IMG/VR virus record: IMGVR_UViG_2529293139_000004
Location: 1 to 9,910 of that record
DNA: 9,910 nucleotides
Strand: one strand, 5' to 3'
Source of the DNA: a virus
Lineage: Duplodnaviria; Heunggongvirae; Uroviricota; Caudoviricetes
Below the pieces are notes generated by a model. It was not told the origin of the DNA. It did not search any database and saw nothing but the letters and a program-made list of their open reading frames with translations. The translations under genes and the position numbers were made by a program. This document shows, piece by piece, positions 1-6,479 of this stretch (positions are counted from its first letter, which is position 1; every line of letters starts with the position of its first letter).

Positions 1-124
1 GCTTTTGCCGTTACGCACCACCCCGTCAGTAGCTGAACAGGAGGGACAGCTGATAGAAACAGAAGCCACTGGAGCACCTCAAAAACACCATCATACACTA
101 AATCAGTAAGTTGGCAGCATCACC
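1..124 (-). mobile_element. IS1 insertion sequence, partial (IRL-proximal 124 bp; rest of element lies beyond window start)
   Basis: Reverse complement of 1-124 reads GGTGATGCTGCCAACTTACTGATTTAGTGTATGATGG..., which is the IS1 left terminal inverted repeat plus the insA upstream region as I recall it. Outer end of IRL is at 124. Confidence 0.9.
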
Positions 125-302
125 CTCTGCACGTTGTTGAATACTTGTCATTTTCATCCACTTATTTCAGGCTTATGTAATTGGCGGTGATTCTACAGCA
201 ACTTGGATGCTTTAGCAGTTCGGACATTAGGCTACGAATGACCTGCCTAGAGGTTTGTTAAGACGCAAAGTGCTGGTGCTTTATGCCTGTGAAGTTTATA
301 GT

Positions 303-327
303 TGTGTACACATAACGAGTACACGAG
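303..327. promoter_or_regulatory. phd-doc promoter operator region (palindromic Phd/Doc binding sites)
   Basis: Perfect 10-bp palindrome TGTGTACACA at 303-312 and a related GAGTACAC half-site at 317-324, immediately upstream of the phd SD. Consistent with known autoregulation of the P1 addiction operon. Exact site boundaries not verified. Confidence 0.5.
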
Positions 328-333
328 GTGTTT

Positions 334-555
334 ATGCAATCCATTAACTTCCGTACCGCGCGCGGCAACCTTTCTGAAGTGCTCAACAATGTTGAGGCCG
401 GGGAAGAGGTTGAAATCACCCGCAGAGGCCGTGAGCCAGCAGTAATTGTCAGCAAGGCTACTTTCGAAGCCTACAAAAAAGCGGCGCTGGATGCTGAATT
501 TGCATCTCTGTTTGACACCCTGGACTCCACCAACAAGGAACTGGTTGACCGATAA
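334..555 (+). CDS. phd: Phd antitoxin (prevent-host-death), 73 aa
   Basis: Translation [44 protein letters not shown]... matches P1 Phd from memory. ATG at 334 is preceded by GAGGTG (325-330); the ORF-track start at 328 is an in-frame GTG just upstream. Stop overlaps the doc start (TAATG). Confidence 0.93.
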
Positions 556-935
556 TGAGGCATATATCACCGGAAGAACTGATAGCGCTTCATGATGCGA
601 ATATAAGCCGCTACGGCGGCCTGCCTGGCATGTCAGATCCGGGCAGGGCAGAGGCCATTATCGGGAGAGTTCAGGCCAGAGTTGCCTACGAAGAGATCAC
701 CGACCTTTTCGAAGTCTCCGCCACCTACCTGGTGGCTACAGCGAGAGGGCATATATTCAATGATGCCAATAAGCGTGCCGCGCTAAACAGTGCGCTGTTA
801 TTTCTACGCCGTAACGGGGTGCAGGTATTTGATTCACCTGAACTGGCAGACCTTACCGTAGGGGCTGCGACCGGAGAGATATCTGTATCTTCTGTCGCCG
901 ACACGTTACGTAGATTGTATGGTTCCGCGGAGTAG
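555..935 (+). CDS. doc: Doc toxin (death on curing), Fic-fold kinase, 126 aa
   Basis: 126-aa product with the Fic-type motif HIFNDANKR; sequence matches P1 Doc from memory. Translationally coupled to phd by a 1-nt overlap. Confidence 0.95.
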
Positions 936-939
936 ATTA

Positions 940-1119
940 ATGGCACGTAAATACAACAAATTGTCCCGTGAAGCGTTAAAGATGCTTCTTGATGGCGTGA
1001 GTCGCCGCGAGGTAAAGCAATACCTGGTTGGTAAGCAAATTGGTGCTAGGACCGCTATTGCTGTGTTATGCCGTCAGGAAATGGTTGTGCTTAAACAGAG
1101 AATGCCGGGCAGCAGATAA
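940..1119 (+). CDS. small hypothetical protein (59 aa from ATG 940), immediately downstream of doc; position corresponds to pdcA of P1
   Basis: ORF-track entry 919..1119; the internal ATG at 940 has GGAG about 12 nt upstream. Basic, possibly helix-rich product. No recognisable domain from sequence alone. Confidence 0.4.
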   Translation: MARKYNKLSREALKMLLDGVSRREVKQYLVGKQIGARTAIAVLCRQEMVVLKQRMPGSR

Positions 1120-1146
1120 AGCCCAATCAGTGATGAAAGGTGTGAT

Positions 1147-2190
1147 GTGAAAGCCGTAATTACTCCCTTTGTACAAAAAGAGCTTGGCGTCGCCACATTC
1201 AAAGTGGATCAGGAAGTCAGAAAGCTGGTGGAGGCTGGCCGTAAATTTATTATGGAGCCGGTGCCGCGTGAGTTAATCGAGCACATGGACGACGGCCTCG
1301 TTGTTTCCGAGCAAACTATGGCAACAAATGAGGCGTTGCAGCCGTTTTTTAACAGCGATGAACTGTTTCGCCGTATTGGTGGAATTGACACGCTGGTGGC
1401 GTGGTTGCGCAGGAAAGAGGGGCAATGCCAGGCCGCAGATCGTAGCTGGTGTGACAACCATATTGTCCACGCAGAACGAGACAATAGCGCGGTGTTGTTG
1501 TGCTGGCATCACGATAACCATTACCGGATGCGTGGTTTTAATGAGCTGAAAGAAACGCTGCATAATAATCGCGTTAACTGGATACTGGATGTCGCCCGTC
1601 AGGAAATGGGGCTTTCAGATGGCCATGATCTAAGTATTCAGGAACTGTGCTGGTGGGCTTTCATGCGCAACATGATGCACCGAATGCCGGAAGAAGTTTG
1701 CCGTATATCAATAAATAAGATGAAAGCCGCAACGCAGGATAGCGGACCTCTGAAAGAGGCGGATATTCGCCCGTATAACGATCGCGCTACAGCATATGTT
1801 CAGATGATGGAAGAACGCGCCGCGCCGATGCGTGCAAAAGTATGCCCTGTGGATGTTGACTCCGACCCTGGCATGGCGCATTTCAAAATACCAAAACTGC
1901 AATCGCTAAAATTACCTGAGTACATGGACTTTGTTGCTTCCCGTCCATGCTGTGGGTGTGGAGCGGCGGGAGCTGGCGCTCACATTACGCCTTATATCGT
2001 TCGTCATAGTCGATTATGCGCGCATGACATTTACGCAATTCCTCTGTGCCAGTCATGCCTGCGTGATATTGAGCGTGACCGCGATAATTGGGAGAAGACG
2101 CACGGTAGGCTGGCGATGCATCAACGATTGTTCTTTGATTACGCGCTTGGAGTCGGCGCTATCACAAGTTACTCGTCGAGCGTTATATAA
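1147..2190 (+). CDS. 347-aa Cys/His-rich protein with HNH-like zinc-binding motifs (position and size suggest the P1 pdcB / DUF968-type protein)
   Basis: GTG start at 1147 preceded by AAAGGTG. Long ORF with motifs CWHHDNH and PCCGCG...H...C...PLCQSC typical of HNH/zinc-hook-like nucleases. Assignment to the pdcB/DUF968 family is from memory and not verified. Confidence 0.7.
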   Translation: MKAVITPFVQKELGVATFKVDQEVRKLVEAGRKFIMEPVPRELIEHMDDGLVVSEQTMATNEALQPFFNSDELFRRIGGIDTLVAWLRRKEGQCQAADRSWCDNHIVHAERDNSAVLLCWHHDNHYRMRGFNELKETLHNNRVNWILDVARQEMGLSDGHDLSIQELCWWAFMRNMMHRMPEEVCRISINKMKAATQDSGPLKEADIRPYNDRATAYVQMMEERAAPMRAKVCPVDVDSDPGMAHFKIPKLQSLKLPEYMDFVASRPCCGCGAAGAGAHITPYIVRHSRLCAHDIYAIPLCQSCLRDIERDRDNWEKTHGRLAMHQRLFFDYALGVGAITSYSSSVI

Positions 2191-2191
2191 A

Positions 2192-2233
2192 ATTGCTCTA
2201 ATGTATTGCTATTTCTTTAATCGATGGTATTAT
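2192..2233 (+). promoter_or_regulatory. C1-type operator(s) overlapping a sigma70-like promoter
   Basis: ATTGCTCTAATGTATTG (2192-2208) matches the P1 C1 operator consensus ATTGCTCTAATAAATTT; a second partial match ATTGCTATTTC starts at 2205. -35 TTGCTA (2206-2211) and -10 TATTAT (2228-2233) with 16-nt spacing. Confidence 0.6.
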
Positions 2234-2278
2234 ATTTCACGTTGATTAGTTGACATGGGCTAATCAGTAGGTGACAGG

Positions 2279-2488
2279 ATGTTACTTAACTGGCAGGGAC
2301 GCCACTTCATGGAAATAAATCACTCACGAATAACATCGTACGAGATTGCGGATTACATGATCCGCACTAAATCTCTTCTATCAGCGAAAGAACTCGCAGC
2401 AATTCTTGAAAAGGAATACCCGCATCTGGATGTCGATAACGCCAGCATTTATCAAAATGAAGCTGGCGGAGTACGGCGGGCGCGATAA
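2279..2488 (+). CDS. hypothetical 69-aa ORF with good RBS downstream of the C1-operated promoter; possibly the N-terminal part of a frameshifted lpa-like gene
   Basis: ATG 2279 preceded by AGGTGA. Plausible protein-like translation. Overlaps the 5' end of the KilA-C ORF in another frame. Confidence 0.35.
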   Translation: MLLNWQGRHFMEINHSRITSYEIADYMIRTKSLLSAKELAAILEKEYPHLDVDNASIYQNEAGGVRRAR

Positions 2489-2804
2489 CCCTATGTACAT
2501 GATTAAGGTATCAGTAGCTAAAGGGATCCTGATTGGGAATTTTGCAAAGGTTGTTGGACTTAAGCAAAACGCGCTGTTTGTCTGGTTACGGGAGAACGGC
2601 ATCCTGATAGCGTCCGGTGGACGTAAAAATGTGCCGTTCCAGCAGTACATCAACGCGGGGTATTTCACGGTGAAAGAAGTGGTGCTGGATGATGAAGATG
2701 GCTACCAGATACGGTTGACGCCTCAATTAACGGGTAAAGGCCAGCAGTGGTTGACGCGTAAACTGCTCGATGCTGGCTTGTTAAAACCGGTGGCGGCTGA
2801 ATAA
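2406..2804 (+). CDS. KilA-C (ANT)-domain DNA-binding protein; occupies the position of the late promoter activator (lpa) region of P1
   Basis: Translation contains GNFAKVVGLKQNALFVWLRENGIL...NVPFQQYINAGYFTVKE, which fits the KilA-C/ANT domain pattern. ORF-track start 2406 is TTG; in-frame ATGs at 2430, 2457 and 2493 all lack a convincing SD, so the true start is unresolved. Confidence 0.55.
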   Translation: MKRNTRIWMSITPAFIKMKLAEYGGRDNPMYMIKVSVAKGILIGNFAKVVGLKQNALFVWLRENGILIASGGRKNVPFQQYINAGYFTVKEVVLDDEDGYQIRLTPQLTGKGQQWLTRKLLDAGLLKPVAAE

Positions 2805-2811
2805 TGGAAGA

Positions 2812-2833
2812 ATGCCCGGTTGATGCCGGGCAT
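2812..2833. terminator. hairpin between convergent genes (KilA-C gene and c1), probable bidirectional terminator
   Basis: 8-bp perfect stem ATGCCCGG/CCGGGCAT with 6-nt loop, followed on the plus strand by AATTTATT. Lies 8 nt after the KilA-C ORF stop and directly 3' of the c1 stop. Confidence 0.55.
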
Positions 2834-2836
2834 AAT

Positions 2837-3688
2837 TTATTGCGCGCTTTCGGGGTTGTCGTTTACTGGCTGCCCCTTCTTAGTTTTACGGCTGCGCGTA
2901 ACTGATGCGGCTGATTTGACCTTTTTCTCTTCGCGAGTGATGGCAATTTGTTTTTTTACATTTTCAATATCTGCCAGGCGATATATTTTTGCCTGGGGCC
3001 AGCGGTCGCAGATGATCGGTTCTATGGAGTCATATAGGCTAAATTTTGCTTTTTCGAATTCACCGTTGATGATAATTCCATCACGGAGAGTTTCATCGCA
3101 GATAAACACGCCACATAGTGGCACATGGTAACTCACTGATTTACCATCATTGTAGTTAGGGCTACTGGAAATGTAGTGGACGCGCAGCATTGTTTCGCTA
3201 AAGCCGTGTACGCGCATACGGAATTTTTCATCCTCCGGGTACTGCCTCATTAGCTCTTTTGTTGCTTCCAGGTTCTCTATGTATTTCGCACTGTGCTCAT
3301 TGATCCCCGCGCTTTTTTGGATGCGAATGTCCTTATCAATCAGATGAATAATGCGGCCAGCGGTCATGTTGACGCTGTTTACAGCTTCTGTCTGATAAGT
3401 TGTAACCTTACGTACACCGCGAAGGATGTTAGGCACTGGATATAAAATAGTCTTTGGGATATTGAGGTCTGGGTACTGTTCCAGTTCCCGCGCCATTAAA
3501 GTCCATTTATCAATTTCAGCCTGAATGCTGTCCGTTTCTTTGAACGGCAGAACGACAACCGGGCGAACAGGACGACCGTCGCTGGCGGCATCAACGTGTT
3601 GGGCGCGTGCAACAGCTTTTTTTAGAAAGAGATCCCTGAAGCTGACGAACTCCTGGTACAGTTGTTCGCCGTAGACATAATTTATCAT
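2837..3688 (-). CDS. c1: C1 repressor of lysis/lysogeny, 283 aa
   Basis: 283-aa product starting MINYVYGEQLYQEFVSFRDLF..., matching P1 C1 from memory. Strong SD (GGAGGAGG) upstream on the minus strand. Confidence 0.95.
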   Translation of the reverse strand: MINYVYGEQLYQEFVSFRDLFLKKAVARAQHVDAASDGRPVRPVVVLPFKETDSIQAEIDKWTLMARELEQYPDLNIPKTILYPVPNILRGVRKVTTYQTEAVNSVNMTAGRIIHLIDKDIRIQKSAGINEHSAKYIENLEATKELMRQYPEDEKFRMRVHGFSETMLRVHYISSSPNYNDGKSVSYHVPLCGVFICDETLRDGIIINGEFEKAKFSLYDSIEPIICDRWPQAKIYRLADIENVKKQIAITREEKKVKSAASVTRSRKTKKGQPVNDNPESAQ

Positions 3689-3781
3689 TGATCCTCCTCC
3701 AGAATTGACATGGTCAATAACGCCCGGCTGAGAAAACCGGTCATTACTGACCTATATTATAAAGTGATCAAACAAAAATAA

Positions 3782-3799
3782 TAGATTTATTAGTGCATT
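3782..3799 (-). promoter_or_regulatory. weak C1 operator-like site at the coi/c1 junction
   Basis: Reverse complement TGCACTAATAAATCT matches 13 of 15 positions of the operator core TGCTCTAATAAATTT. Confidence 0.3.
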
Positions 3800-4008
3800 T
3801 ATTGTGAGTCTAACTGGTTAGTTGCCATGAGATATTCGATTGTGTCAGTGAGGTCATCCAGGTCGTCTTGGGTGATGCGGTACTCCTGATTGGATATCTT
3901 TGAGTAGTGTTCAGCAATGGCGCGGGCAGCGTCGGTTTCGGCAGGGTCTACAGATAAAGCGTTAGAGCAATGTCTAACGTCGTCGATGGTTGGTTGAATG
4001 AAAGCCAT
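3799..4008 (-). CDS. coi: Coi (C1 inactivator), 69 aa
   Basis: 69-aa acidic product immediately upstream of c1 on the same strand, with SD TGAGG. Size and position match P1 coi. Confidence 0.88.
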   Translation of the reverse strand: MAFIQPTIDDVRHCSNALSVDPAETDAARAIAEHYSKISNQEYRITQDDLDDLTDTIEYLMATNQLDSQ

Positions 4009-4247
4009 AATTATGCCTCACTGTATTGACAACACAGAGCCTGAAGCTCTGACCTACTGTTTCACCCATGATCCATGCTGGGGTAATCTAACAACATTGC
4101 GCTGTGTGTAAGATGAGCAATGCATAGCTGTAATGCCGTTGTATAAGGTTTCCCTGTTTGCTCATTTCCTTCTGAGCCGCTCTACAACGCTGAAGACACA
4201 TTAAATAGTGAATCCAAAGTCGTATTACGTAACGGCGGCAAAACTAT

Positions 4248-4264
4248 AATTTATTAGAGCAATT
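4248..4264 (-). promoter_or_regulatory. C1 operator (Op99-type), minus orientation
   Basis: Reverse complement AATTGCTCTAATAAATT is a near-perfect match to consensus ATTGCTCTAATAAATTT. Upstream of coi-c1. Confidence 0.65.
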
Positions 4265-4329
4265 GCCAGACAACTATGAAAAACAATCCAGTTTTTAGCT
4301 GGTGGAGTGGGATTTTTCTCTCAAAATTT

Positions 4330-4346
4330 ATTGCTCTAATAATTCT
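4330..4346 (+). promoter_or_regulatory. C1 operator, plus orientation
   Basis: ATTGCTCTAATAATTCT between coi and loxP. Confidence 0.65.
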
Positions 4347-4389
4347 TGATTTTTGTGCATGGCTGGACGTAAACTCCTCTTCGGACCTG

Positions 4390-4423
4390 ATAACTTCGTA
4401 TAGCATACATTATACGAAGTTAT
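4390..4423. other. loxP site-specific recombination site (34 bp)
   Basis: Exact ATAACTTCGTATA-GCATACAT-TATACGAAGTTAT, i.e. canonical loxP written in reverse-complement orientation of the spacer. Confidence 0.97.
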
Positions 4424-4494
4424 CTTAAGGGTTATTGAACATGATCAATTTACCTGTAAATCCATACAGTTCAATACCTTATCAGGTCAAATAG

Positions 4495-4516
4495 TGATCA
4501 CTTGATCATTTGATCA
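4495..4516. promoter_or_regulatory. cluster of three TGATCA (Dam GATC) hexamers at 8-bp spacing in the cre upstream region; likely methylation-sensitive promoter element
   Basis: TGATCA at 4495-4500, 4503-4508 and 4511-4516; a further GATC at 4443. P1 cre promoters are reported to be Dam-regulated (established knowledge, recalled). Confidence 0.5.
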
Positions 4517-4612
4517 AGGTTGCGCTACGTAAAATCTGCGAAATGTTGGCGGTGTTAGTCCTACAGATTTCGCGTAGCGCACTTAGCACCACCAATCAAT
4601 CAGAGGTGAAAA

Positions 4613-4834
4613 ATGGGATATTCAGCTGCTAAAGTGTCCACTCATCTTGAGCTTGAGAAAAACCGTGGTTACTGGCGGGCAAAAGGGTTTGAGCGTGATA
4701 GTTACCAACTGTCATTATCTCGCGGTGAAGAGAAAATAGAACGCACGCGCGGTCGCTGGCGTTTCTATGACGAGAACCATAAACAGGTAAAGGCAGAGCC
4801 GATCCTGTACACTTTACTTAAAACCATTATCTGA
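4613..4834 (+). CDS. hypothetical 73-aa protein encoded between loxP and cre
   Basis: ATG 4613 preceded by strong SD GAGGTG with 4-nt spacer. Charged, protein-like product. Stop at 4832-4834 lies 7 nt before the cre ATG, suggesting translational coupling. Not a gene I know to be annotated in P1. Confidence 0.4.
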   Translation: MGYSAAKVSTHLELEKNRGYWRAKGFERDSYQLSLSRGEEKIERTRGRWRFYDENHKQVKAEPILYTLLKTII

Positions 4835-4841
4835 GTGTTAA

Positions 4842-5873
4842 ATGTCCAATTTACTGACCGTACACCAAAATTTGCCTGCATTACCGGTCGATGCAACGAG
4901 TGATGAGGTTCGCAAGAACCTGATGGACATGTTCAGGGATCGCCAGGCGTTTTCTGAGCATACATGGAAAATGCTTCTGTCCGTTTGCCGGTCGTGGGCG
5001 GCGTGGTGCAAGTTGAATAACCGGAAGTGGTTTCCCGCAGAACCTGAAGATGTTCGCGATTATCTTCTATATCTTCAGGCGCGCGGTCTGGCAGTGAAAA
5101 CTATCCAGCAACATTTGGGCCAGCTAAATATGCTTCATCGTCGGTCCGGCCTGCCACGTCCAAGTGACAGCAATGCTGTTTCACTGGTCATGCGACGGAT
5201 CCGAAAAGAAAACGTTGATGCCGGTGAGCGTGCAAAACAGGCGCTGGCGTTCGAACGCACTGATTTCGACCAGGTTCGTTCACTCATGGAAAATAGCGAT
5301 CGCTGCCAGGATATACGTAATCTGGCATTTCTGGGGATTGCTTATAACACCCTGTTACGTATAGCCGAAATTTCCAGGATCAGGGTTAAAGATATCTCAC
5401 GTACTGACGGTGGGAGAATGTTAATCCATATTGGCAGAACGAAAACGCTGGTTAGCACCGCTGGTGTAGAGAAGGCACTTAGCCTGGGGGTAACTAAACT
5501 GGTTGAGCGATGGATTTCTGTCTCTGGTGTAGCTGATGATCCGAATAACTACCTGTTTTGCCGCGTCAGAAAAAATGGTGTTGCCGCGCCAACATCCACC
5601 AGCCAGCTATCAACTCGCGCCCTGGAAGGGATTTTTGAAGCAACTCACCGATTGATTTACGGGGCAAAAGATGACTCTGGTCAGCGATACCTGGCCTGGT
5701 CTGGACATAGTGCCCGTGTCGGTGCCGCGCGAGATATGGCCCGCGCCGGAGTTTCAATACCGGAGATCATGCAAGCTGGTGGCTGGACCAACGTAAATAT
5801 TGTCATGAACTACATTCGTAACCTGGATAGTGAAACGGGGGCTATGGTGCGCCTGCTGGAAGATGGCAATTAG
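4842..5873 (+). CDS. cre: Cre tyrosine recombinase, 343 aa
   Basis: Translation MSNLLTVHQNLPALPVDATSDEVRKNLMDMFRDRQAFSEHTWKMLLSVCRSWAAWCKLNNRKWFPAEPEDVRDYLLYLQARGLAVKTIQQHLGQLNMLHRRSGLPRPSDSNAVSLVMRRIRKENVDAGERAKQALAFERTDFDQVRSLMENSDRCQDIRNLAFLGIAYNTLLRIAEISRIRVKDISRTDGGRMLIHIGRTKTLVSTAGVEKALSLGVTKLVERWISVSGVADDPNNYLFCRVRKNGVAAPTSTSQLSTRALEGIFEATHRLIYGAKDDSGQRYLAWSGHSARVGAARDMARAGVSIPEIMQAGGWTNVNIVMNYIRNLDSETGAMVRLLEDGN is near-identical to canonical P1 Cre. Confidence 0.97.
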   Translation: MSNLLTVHQNLPALPVDATSDEVRKNLMDMFRDRQAFSEHTWKMLLSVCRSWAAWCKLNNRKWFPAEPEDVRDYLLYLQARGLAVKTIQQHLGQLNMLHRRSGLPRPSDSNAVSLVMRRIRKENVDAGERAKQALAFERTDFDQVRSLMENSDRCQDIRNLAFLGIAYNTLLRIAEISRIRVKDISRTDGGRMLIHIGRTKTLVSTAGVEKALSLGVTKLVERWISVSGVADDPNNYLFCRVRKNGVAAPTSTSQLSTRALEGIFEATHRLIYGAKDDSGQRYLAWSGHSARVGAARDMARAGVSIPEIMQAGGWTNVNIVMNYIRNLDSETGAMVRLLEDGN

Positions 5874-5890
5874 CCGTTCATTTGCGCTTT

Positions 5891-5907
5891 ATTGCTCTAA
5901 TTATTTG
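5891..5907 (+). promoter_or_regulatory. C1 operator between cre and the cra-like ORF
   Basis: ATTGCTCTAATTATTTG matches the C1 operator consensus. Confidence 0.6.
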
Positions 5908-5923
5908 ATATTTATGGTGACGC

Positions 5924-6235
5924 ATGCGGAAGGATTTCAAAATAGACGGAAAATATGTGGTGCTGTCTGTAAGCTCTCAAATTCAGTCACCATCTGTCAT
6001 TGTCACCGTAAAGTTTAGCGATAGGATGCCTGATATCGACTCGATATCTGTTGCGTTCCCCGTTAAAAACATGCGGAGTGCTGAACATTTTGTGATGAAT
6101 GCAACGGAGGAGGAAGCGCGGCGCGGGCTTACTAGAGTGATGGTGGAATTTGGCGAACTCCTGGGTAAGGTAAACAATGCCCTTTCAATCAGTTCAGCAA
6201 GATCCAAAGCGTTAACAGCTTCCATGATGAAATAA
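5924..6235 (+). CDS. hypothetical 103-aa protein in the position of cra (cre-associated) of P1
   Basis: ATG 5924 with GGTGA upstream; sits between cre and ref as cra does in P1. Identity to Cra is inferred from synteny only. Confidence 0.55.
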   Translation: MRKDFKIDGKYVVLSVSSQIQSPSVIVTVKFSDRMPDIDSISVAFPVKNMRSAEHFVMNATEEEARRGLTRVMVEFGELLGKVNNALSISSARSKALTASMMK

Positions 6236-6238
6236 AAA

Positions 6239-6259
6239 AGCCTGGCAAGGAGCCAGGCT
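6239..6259. terminator. GC-rich hairpin after the cra-like ORF; U-tract is on the minus-strand side
   Basis: Stem GCCTGGC/GCCAGGC with 5-nt loop, flanked by A6 on the plus-strand 5' side (T-run if read on the minus strand). Orientation of function ambiguous. Confidence 0.4.
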
Positions 6260-6364
6260 GCACAAAAGAGCGGGTTTGTATTCCGCACCAATCAATCAAG
6301 AAGGAGTATAGCACACAGGTACTGAAGTGAAAAAATGTGATTCGCGAGAAACAAAATATCTACT

Positions 6365-6388
6365 ATTGCTCTAATTGATTGCTATAAT
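6365..6388 (+). promoter_or_regulatory. C1 operator overlapping an extended -10 promoter upstream of ref (Op2-like)
   Basis: ATTGCTCTAATTGATTG (6365-6381) followed by TGcTATAAT (6380-6388). P1 ref is known to be C1-controlled. Confidence 0.6.
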
Positions 6389-6447
6389 TTAGCCGCAGTT
6401 TTTGTCAACTACGAAGACGTTGCCATTACTTCACTCCTTGACATCAT

Positions 6448-6473
6448 AGGCGGCCATTAGGCCGCCTTTTTTT
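6448..6473 (+). terminator. rho-independent terminator-like hairpin immediately upstream of the ref start codon
   Basis: Stem AGGCGGCC/GGCCGCCT, 4-nt loop ATTA, followed by T7 (6467-6473). The ref ATG is at 6480. Confidence 0.55.
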
Positions 6474-6479
6474 GACCAT

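Noticed and set aside
247-946. Minus-strand ORFs 247..570, 258..455 and 725..946
   Set aside because: They lie entirely antisense to the well-supported phd and doc genes, have no RBS, and give low-complexity translations. Treated as shadow ORFs.
1209-2245. ORFs 1209..1484(-), 1273..1563(-), 1301..1549(+), 1708..1902(-), 1931..2245(+)
   Set aside because: All overlap the 347-aa gene in alternative frames or antisense. The 347-aa frame is the only one with domain-like motifs and a plausible RBS.
2381-3131. ORFs 2381..2668(-) and 2820..3131(+)
   Set aside because: Antisense to the KilA-C gene and to c1 respectively; no independent support.
4030-4201. Small minus-strand ORF (about 37 aa, ATG at 4201-4199) between coi and loxP, as a possible imcA/imcB equivalent
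   Set aside because: Too short and unsupported to call from sequence alone. P1 has small imc ORFs in this region, but I cannot verify correspondence.
4440-4520. TGATCA repeat cluster as a P1 pac packaging site
   Set aside because: It has only three phased hexamers plus one distant site and lies in the cre upstream region, and there are no adjacent pacA/pacB genes. More consistent with the Dam-regulated cre promoter.
5164-6291. ORFs 5164..5364(+), 5566..5757(-), 5830..6018(+), 5983..6291(-)
   Set aside because: Embedded in or antisense to cre or the cra-like ORF; shadow ORFs.
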